Shown here piece by piece: positions 37,354 to 44,838 of a DNA stretch of 44,838 bases. Below the pieces are notes generated by a model, which searched no databases, was not told where the DNA came from, and saw only the letters and a list, made by a program, of their open reading frames with translations. Positions within the stretch are counted from its first letter, which is position 1. Each line of letters begins with the position of its first letter. Position numbers and translations under genes: made by a program. Source of the stretch: Armatimonadota bacterium (lineage in GTDB: Bacteria > Armatimonadota > UBA5829 > DTLH01); contig JBDKUN010000034.1 in the NCBI GenBank assembly GCA_039679675.1, forward strand, positions 1-44,838. Direction: 5' to 3'.

Positions 37354-37393
37354 TTTGTATACTTCAGCGCAGTTTTCGCGCCGGAAATTCAAA
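37354..37393 (-). repeat. Palindromic repeat family 1, copy R7
   Basis: TTTGTATACTTCAGCGCAGTTTTCGCGCCGGAAATTCAAA directly upstream of the ankyrin gene start. Confidence 0.75.
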
Positions 37394-37596
37394 ACATCGT
37401 CTCCAATATATCGGATATAGGGGATTCGTTTGTTAATATAGAGTAAGTGGTGCATAGCATAGTTGCTATTATGTCTAAATATATATATCACTTGAGGAAT
37501 ATGTCAATGGCTGTTTGCATAAATTTCTGATGATGGATCGCGTTTACTCTCCTGCTTGAAAAGAAAGCCTCCGAATGGCATAATAGAGCCACTACA

Positions 37597-38694
37597 ATGG
37601 CAAGAAAAACCGACAGCGTAAAAAGCTCTGCAATCAGAGCGTATCTCTTCCACGGAGCGGACGACGCTCAGAAGAAAGCGGCTCTATTAAAGCTCGAAGC
37701 GGAGATAGTCGACCCTGACTTCCGCGATTTCGACCTTGAACAGCTCTATGGGCCGGATGTGACTGCAGACCGGGTTATGACCGCTGCAACAATAGCCCCG
37801 TTTGCCTCGAAACAGCGGTTGGTCATAGTCACACAGGCGAACGACATATCCACCGCAGAGCAGCAGACTATCGCCTCGAAGCTGGAGCAGATTCCCGACT
37901 TCGCCTGTGTGGTTTTCATCACTCCAGCGCCTAAAATTCAGGATGGAAAGCCCAAGCGCGGGTCTGAGATTCACGCCGATCTGACGAAAGCGATCAAAAA
38001 GGCCGGAAAATCCGTCGATTTTCCGCTGATGAGGGCCGATGCGGCAGCTCGCTTCGTCCACGATCTCGTAAAACAGCTTGGAAAATCTATCTCGCCGTCT
38101 GCTGCGGCATCGGTTGTCCGCAGGTGCGGCACGGATTCGGGGATTCTGGCGACCGAAGTAGAAAAGCTCTTCAATTATGCCGGGGACCGCGCGACCGTAA
38201 CGGACGCGGATGTCCAGCAGGTCATCACAGAGACTGTCGAAGAGAAAATCTTCGCGCTGATGGATGCTATCGGCGCAAAAAAGCCCGCACTCGCGATGCA
38301 TTACCTCCACCCGCTGCTGCACGGCGGGGGAAGTGAAGTGGCAGGGGAAGCGCTGAGGACACTTGTTATGCTTACACGCCACTTCAGACAGCTCTGGCAG
38401 GCGCGGCTCTTGATCGACGCGGGATGCAGGGCTGGTCGTGTATCGGAAGAAGTCGAAATGGCGCTCCCTGAGAACGGCAGTATCCTCAAAATGGAGGACT
38501 GGAAGCGGAACAAGATCATGGAGCAGGCCAGGAACTTCAGTCTTGGCGATCTGGCGAGGTGCTTCGAGAAAATAGCGGCGGCTGACCTTGCGATAAAGGG
38601 GATAGAAGGCGCAGTAAGCGACCCGGCGATGGCTGTAGAGATGCTGACAATGGAACTGAGCAGCCAGCCACAAAGCAAGAAGGGACGGTCCTGA
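37597..38694 (+). CDS. holA: DNA polymerase III delta subunit
   Basis: YLFHGAD, PFASKQRLVIV, EVEKL..Y, IFALMDA, ADLAIKG; adjacent to rpsT. Confidence 0.9.
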   Translation: MARKTDSVKSSAIRAYLFHGADDAQKKAALLKLEAEIVDPDFRDFDLEQLYGPDVTADRVMTAATIAPFASKQRLVIVTQANDISTAEQQTIASKLEQIPDFACVVFITPAPKIQDGKPKRGSEIHADLTKAIKKAGKSVDFPLMRADAAARFVHDLVKQLGKSISPSAAASVVRRCGTDSGILATEVEKLFNYAGDRATVTDADVQQVITETVEEKIFALMDAIGAKKPALAMHYLHPLLHGGGSEVAGEALRTLVMLTRHFRQLWQARLLIDAGCRAGRVSEEVEMALPENGSILKMEDWKRNKIMEQARNFSLGDLARCFEKIAAADLAIKGIEGAVSDPAMAVEMLTMELSSQPQSKKGRS

Positions 38695-38760
38695 AACCAT
38701 CCCCTCCAAATCTCATACAGCCCTTGCGGGGTGATGCACCCCGGCTTCACATAACTTTTG

Positions 38761-39024
38761 TTATGCGCTGGCCTTGTTCGCTTTTTTCATCAGTCTCGAC
38801 TTGCGGCGTGCGGCGGCATTCTTATGGATGATGCCCTTCTCAGCGGCCTTGTCGATTATGCTAACGGTCTGAGAGACGATCTGAGCTACCTCACTACTGC
38901 CCTCGTCGATCATTGACTTGCTCTTTTTCACAAATGTCTTGATCTTGGACTTGGTAGCAAGATTCCGCAGGCGGTTCTGCCTCGACTTCTTAACGTCCTT
39001 CATAACCGATTTGATATTCGGCAA
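38761..39024 (-). CDS. rpsT: 30S ribosomal protein S20
   Basis: MPNIKS...RN...KSKIKT...IDKAAEKGIIHKNAAARRKSRL. Confidence 0.98.
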   Translation of the reverse strand: MPNIKSVMKDVKKSRQNRLRNLATKSKIKTFVKKSKSMIDEGSSEVAQIVSQTVSIIDKAAEKGIIHKNAAARRKSRLMKKANKASA

Positions 39025-39216
39025 CTACGTGTCACCCCCAGTCTTACAAACTAAGTAAACCTATTGAGTCTATCAGATTATTGGCAAAAAGGCAAGCGAA
39101 ATCAACCATTATGCCGGGCTTACACTCAAAAATCCACAGATCCCTCAGAAAAAGCTGCATTGACATCTCAAAGTTCCCATGATATGTTAAATAGTGGTGA
39201 ACGGAGGCGAGTAGTT

Positions 39217-39573
39217 ATGAGTAAAGTCTCACCTGAGTTCGGAAAGATAATAAAAGACCTTTTAGCGAGCCGGAACCTGACATTCAGAGGCGCGGGGTTC
39301 AAGTCAAATATCAGTGCGGCTTATTGGAAGGACATGTCGGACGGGCGCGTGCCCTCGGAAGAGATAATCGAGAAGATAGCTGAGTCGTTCGACGGTGTCG
39401 ATGAAAATGAGCTGCGCGCTGCTGCCGGTTATGCTCCAATCCACAGCCGGGCAGATGCTCTAAAGGCTGTCGAGTTCGCTCTTCGCGGACAAGAGACCAT
39501 TCCGGAAGAAGGCAAGAAGCAGATACTGGATTTCGTCAAAAAGATCGAGCAGAACTACCGGAAAAAGGACTGA
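39217..39573 (+). CDS. XRE-like helix-turn-helix regulator
   Basis: FGKIIKDL...ISAAYW...GRVPSEEIIEKIA...ELRAAAGY; ATG behind GGAGG; TTGACA-17-TATGTT promoter at 39160-39188. Confidence 0.8.
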   Translation: MSKVSPEFGKIIKDLLASRNLTFRGAGFKSNISAAYWKDMSDGRVPSEEIIEKIAESFDGVDENELRAAAGYAPIHSRADALKAVEFALRGQETIPEEGKKQILDFVKKIEQNYRKKD

Positions 39574-39576
39574 TAA

Positions 39577-40122
39577 GTGACCAGGCTATATTTTACGGAT
39601 GATGCCGAGCGCTTTGCCCACCAGGCCTGGGAAGCACTTAAGCTCGAACCGCCCGTTGAAGTGGAAAAAGTCGCAAAAAGGCTCGGAATCGATCTCTACC
39701 GGGAGCAGTTTGTCGAGCAGATAGACGGGCTTTACCTGAGAATGTCCGATGCTCCTCCTGTCATCGCAATAAATTCCAGCTATCTGAAGCCTCCAGGCAG
39801 GCAGCACTTCACTGCGGCGCATGAAGTCGGCCACCACCTCCTGTGCCAGCATGTTGTCAACAAAACCAGGCTTTTCTATCTGGACAGCGTCGAAACTCGA
39901 AAGAACAAGCTGGAAAAGATGTGCGATAGGTTCGCCGCGCTACTCCTTATGCCGGAACCAATTGTAAGGCAGTGGTTCGAAGAGCTTTCCGCGAACACCG
40001 AAAACCGGGTTTCTATCATGGCAGCGCGGTTTGGAGTCTCTGCATGGGCCATGCGGGTGCGGCTCCGCGAGTTGGGGCTACCATACAGCAAGTGGCAGAA
40101 GCGTAAACTTGGGGATAAATAG
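39577..40122 (+). CDS. ImmA/IrrE-family metallopeptidase
   Basis: PPVEVEKVAKRLGI, RQHFTAAHEVGH (HExxH), E..CDRFAALLLMP, FGVS..AM.VRL..LG. Confidence 0.92.
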   Translation: MTRLYFTDDAERFAHQAWEALKLEPPVEVEKVAKRLGIDLYREQFVEQIDGLYLRMSDAPPVIAINSSYLKPPGRQHFTAAHEVGHHLLCQHVVNKTRLFYLDSVETRKNKLEKMCDRFAALLLMPEPIVRQWFEELSANTENRVSIMAARFGVSAWAMRVRLRELGLPYSKWQKRKLGDK

Positions 40123-40137
40123 CCTGGTAATTGACCA

Positions 40138-41235
40138 ATGAAACGAATTTCAATATTTTTACTCCTTGTAGCGTTATTCCCGGCATCGGCTTACTGCGCA
40201 GGTCTGTACGGGGCGGAGGCTTACGCCGGAAAAGACCCGATAGGCGGCGGCGCGGGTTACACGAAGATTGTCGACCGCAGCAAAGCGGCATTTATCGTCT
40301 CTACGGCAGATGAGCTCAAGAATGCTCTGGGGAAAGCGAAGCCCGGCGAGATAATATATGTCACGGATAACTCCGTGATCGACATGACCGGCCAGGACCA
40401 CGTAGTTATCCCCGGCGGCATCACAATTGCCGGAAACAGGGGCGTAGACGGTTCGTTAGGGCCCATCATAAAGACTACAAATCTCGAATGCTACCCTTTA
40501 TTTATCACAATGGGGGAGGATGTCCGGCTGACCGGCATCAGATTTCAAGGTCCTGACCCTGAGATCAGGAAAGAAGCCGGTGCAAAGCTCCTCAGCTGCT
40601 GCATCACTACTACCAAACCGGGGCTTGAAGTCGATAACTGCGAGATGTGGGGGTGGAGTTTCGCGGCAATTGCCTTAACGAATGCCGGGACCGGCCATAA
40701 AATCCATCACAACTACATCCACCACTGCAGAAGGCAGGGGCTGGGCTACGGCGTATGCCTCGGCAGGTCTCAGGCCGATATTATCGCCAACCGCTTCGTG
40801 GATAACCGTCACGACATAGCGGGCACCGGGCGCGAAGGGACATCCTATCGGGCATGTTACAACATTTCGGAAGCCATCGACCCGCCAATATCTCATGCGT
40901 TCGACATGCACGGCAACCAGGAAAGCCGGAAACCCGGAGAAGTAGTCCCTAACTTCGCCGGTGACTCAATAGAAATCTTCAATAACACATTCAAAAGCAA
41001 AGAGCCAAGGGTGTATATCGCAATACGCGGTGAGCCCAGATACGGAATTACCATCCACCACAATATCTACGAGAACGCAAGCATCGGCGCGAGGCTGAAA
41101 CCTCCATGCGCAAACGCCATCATCTCAGACGACCTGTTCAAGTCGCCGCCGACTACTGCATATTACCTTTTCGAGTCCGATGGTAACATGCTGAACGGAA
41201 AACAGATGAAAGCAGGCAAGATCAAGCGCCTCTAA
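40138..41235 (+). CDS. Secreted right-handed parallel beta-helix protein
   Basis: Signal peptide; VSTADELKNAL..AKPGEIIY, IHHNYIHH, GYGV, NRHDIAG, HAFDMHG; pectin-lyase-like fold, substrate unknown. Confidence 0.8.
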   Translation: MKRISIFLLLVALFPASAYCAGLYGAEAYAGKDPIGGGAGYTKIVDRSKAAFIVSTADELKNALGKAKPGEIIYVTDNSVIDMTGQDHVVIPGGITIAGNRGVDGSLGPIIKTTNLECYPLFITMGEDVRLTGIRFQGPDPEIRKEAGAKLLSCCITTTKPGLEVDNCEMWGWSFAAIALTNAGTGHKIHHNYIHHCRRQGLGYGVCLGRSQADIIANRFVDNRHDIAGTGREGTSYRACYNISEAIDPPISHAFDMHGNQESRKPGEVVPNFAGDSIEIFNNTFKSKEPRVYIAIRGEPRYGITIHHNIYENASIGARLKPPCANAIISDDLFKSPPTTAYYLFESDGNMLNGKQMKAGKIKRL

Positions 41236-41359
41236 CTCACACATTAGTCTTTAGTTCGCCAATATTTATGCACGTTGGCGTCAAATGTATGTATTCAAAA
41301 ATCGGTGGGTAAGACCGGTCATTTGGGGCGGATTCGTGCTTCATGTCGAGCGCGCGAGC

Positions 41360-41388
41360 TTGACCGGGAGTGTGCATTATGCTATAAT
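41360..41388 (+). promoter_or_regulatory. Sigma70 promoter of gyrB
   Basis: TTGACC-17 nt-TATAAT with TG extension. Confidence 0.75.
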
Positions 41389-41567
41389 AACACTGTCCAA
41401 ATGCAGGCTTTGGTTTTGGGAATTTGTCACAAAAGATGGCATATTATTGGCTTCATATATAACTATAGTCGCGGTTGGTCCCTCTGGCAGAGAGGCGCCT
41501 CTGCGACTTCACTTGTGTACAAGAAATATAACCCCCACTGCCGGCAGCTGCGAGACAGGAGCATTAG

Positions 41568-43613
<2,046 letters not shown>

Positions 43614-43631
43614 GTTACATCGGTAAAAATA

Positions 43632-43665
43632 GTGCTTCGGGGCGAGCCAAAACGCCTCGAAGCAC
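43632..43665. repeat. Palindrome related to family 1 (R8), probable gyrB terminator
   Basis: GTGCTTCGGGGCG-AGCCAAAA-CGCCTCGAAGCAC. Confidence 0.55.
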
Positions 43666-43821
43666 AGTAAATATAAAATCCCCGTTAATATACCCTACAC
43701 AAAAGCCCCAAGGAGGTTCCAAGTGAGTAACATATCTGAATCTGCCGGGTGGTCCGTCGTAATGACGGCATGGGAAGGTGATCGTTTCGATTGGGAGAAA
43801 TCTTAGGTTATATCTGATCGC

Positions 43822-44712
43822 CTACTTGGGCGCAGGGTCTTGGACACTTTTCATGTCTCCTATAAAGAAATACATCATCGACCCACCGGAAGGTGCGCCT
43901 TTGAAGTTAGGTGAGAAGGTGAGTTGCATATTGTTGTCACCCCAGCGGGCGGGTATGAGATCATATCGGCCGTCTTTCCTAAGTGCAGTCATCTGAGTGA
44001 CATCTCCACCGTCTAGGTTCACTGCGCACCAGGCTCCAAACTGATGCCAGAAACGCTGCAGATCAGCAGTTGTCCAGCCTCCCATAAGGGGCAGGCGGTT
44101 TTTGAAAGCTATGATACTTGCAGCCTCCGCGTCAGGTTCTTTCACGATCAACAGATAGAAGTGCCGGTTGTCCTTCGACCAGGCCATGGATGTTCTGGAC
44201 GTGCGGATATGATCGACCTTCCGTACGAATCCCGATTCATCCGGCGTAGGGGGCTTTGATTGCGGAAATGGGGCTTCATTCGGTTTAGGAAACGGCTGCA
44301 ACTTCAGCGGGTGGCTGTTTAGTATCAGACATGACGCACCTTCAGCCGCAAAATCGTATTTACTCGCAAGGGATTTGATATCCGGCATATGGATCACCCT
44401 AAAGACTGGCTTGTTGTGCTTATATTTTACGCCAACCGCCCAGCGAATAACTCCGACGTTGTACCTTGCTTTGCCATCCAGCACTACCGGTGCGACATGG
44501 CTTCCGATATCGCCGCTATATTGGAAAAACAGCCCATTCCACGCTGCAACAACCTTGCCTCTTCCGCTTTCATTCAGGTGACGGCTTATCTGAGCAACTC
44601 CCCGGCTCTTGAACTCTGCATGATCGTCGAAAGGCACCTGATCATCTTCATCCTGATCATACAGCTCCAGCCGAAGATTCGGATTCTTCTGAAAATCAAA
44701 GTCAAACAAATA
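43822..44712 (-). pseudogene. Phosphodiester glycosidase (NAGPA-like) family gene, 5' part separated by an IS insertion
   Basis: AWNGLFF, SRTSMAW, AVNLDGG motifs; no ATG or RBS; the frame runs into the putative IS end at 44713 and meets TAG at 44740-44742. Confidence 0.65.
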
Positions 44713-44838
44713 GGTAGTGGCGTTAGTCCACTTGAAGTGCTAATGCCTAAGAATTGGGAATCATGTAACTGGGGGTGATAAAATGGACCGCAACCAGTTA
44801 AGTTGTCCCAATCCGAATTGTTCTTATTACGGCAAGCA
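44713..44838 (+). mobile_element. Left end of a probable IS1-family element (partial); transposase starts at 44783
   Basis: End begins GGTAGTG (IS1-type GGT..TG) after AT-rich target AAACAAATA; RBS GGGGTGA then MDRNQLSCPNPNCSYYGK, an InsA-like zinc-ribbon start. Confidence 0.65.

Noticed and set aside
34581..37393. Classical integron cassette array or CRISPR array
   Set aside because: No RYYYAAC...GTTRRRY attC cores or intI seen; repeats are separated by whole genes rather than 30-40 nt spacers, and there are no cas genes. Kept as a non-canonical finding instead.
37687..38709. 340-aa ORF antisense to holA
   Set aside because: Almost entirely overlaps holA on the opposite strand; no domain signal.
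39217..40122. Prophage or ICE immunity region
   Set aside because: No integrase, att site or phage/conjugation genes nearby; the flanks are core genes.
41437..41452. Second sigma54-like site TGGCATATTATTGGCT upstream of gyrB
   Set aside because: The -12 element deviates (TGGC rather than TTGC) and a near-consensus sigma70 promoter already explains gyrB; the 12-nt identity with 13312 may be chance.

Overview
A bacterial chromosome segment, mostly core genome. It opens with the 3' end of tuf, then rpmG, tRNA-Trp, secE-nusG, rplK-rplA, rplJ-rplL and rpoB-rpoC. Next come a GH130 enzyme, a hotdog thioesterase, nfnAB, a yhaM-like nuclease, phosphoesterases, kdsD-kdsC, a FliA/WhiG sigma-prsA-split yabN/mazG operon, pit-DUF47, cdaA-cdaR-glmM, holA, rpsT, an XRE-IrrE/ImmA pair, a secreted beta-helix protein and an orphan gyrB. 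It ends in a phosphodiester-glycosidase gene apparently cut by an IS1-family element. Kdo genes alongside Terrabacteria-type genes suggest a diderm terrabacterium such as Armatimonadota; this is inference only. The most notable signal is a family of ~30-40 bp palindromes (core TATGCTTCRGCGCRGTTTTTGCGCCGAAG). It sits at the boundaries of visibly AT-rich accessory genes (two ankyrin lipoproteins, a TPR-like protein, a DUF3997-like protein) and includes a 93-bp direct repeat, giving a cassette-array layout with no canonical attC sites and no local recombinase. Other points of interest: unusual RNA polymerase insertions (a Cys4 ribbon at the beta-i9 site and a ~56-aa helical trigger-loop insert), a candidate ~75-nt sRNA, a second dispersed 58-bp hairpin element and an RHK-variant CdaA. 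All calls were made by eye, without database searches.
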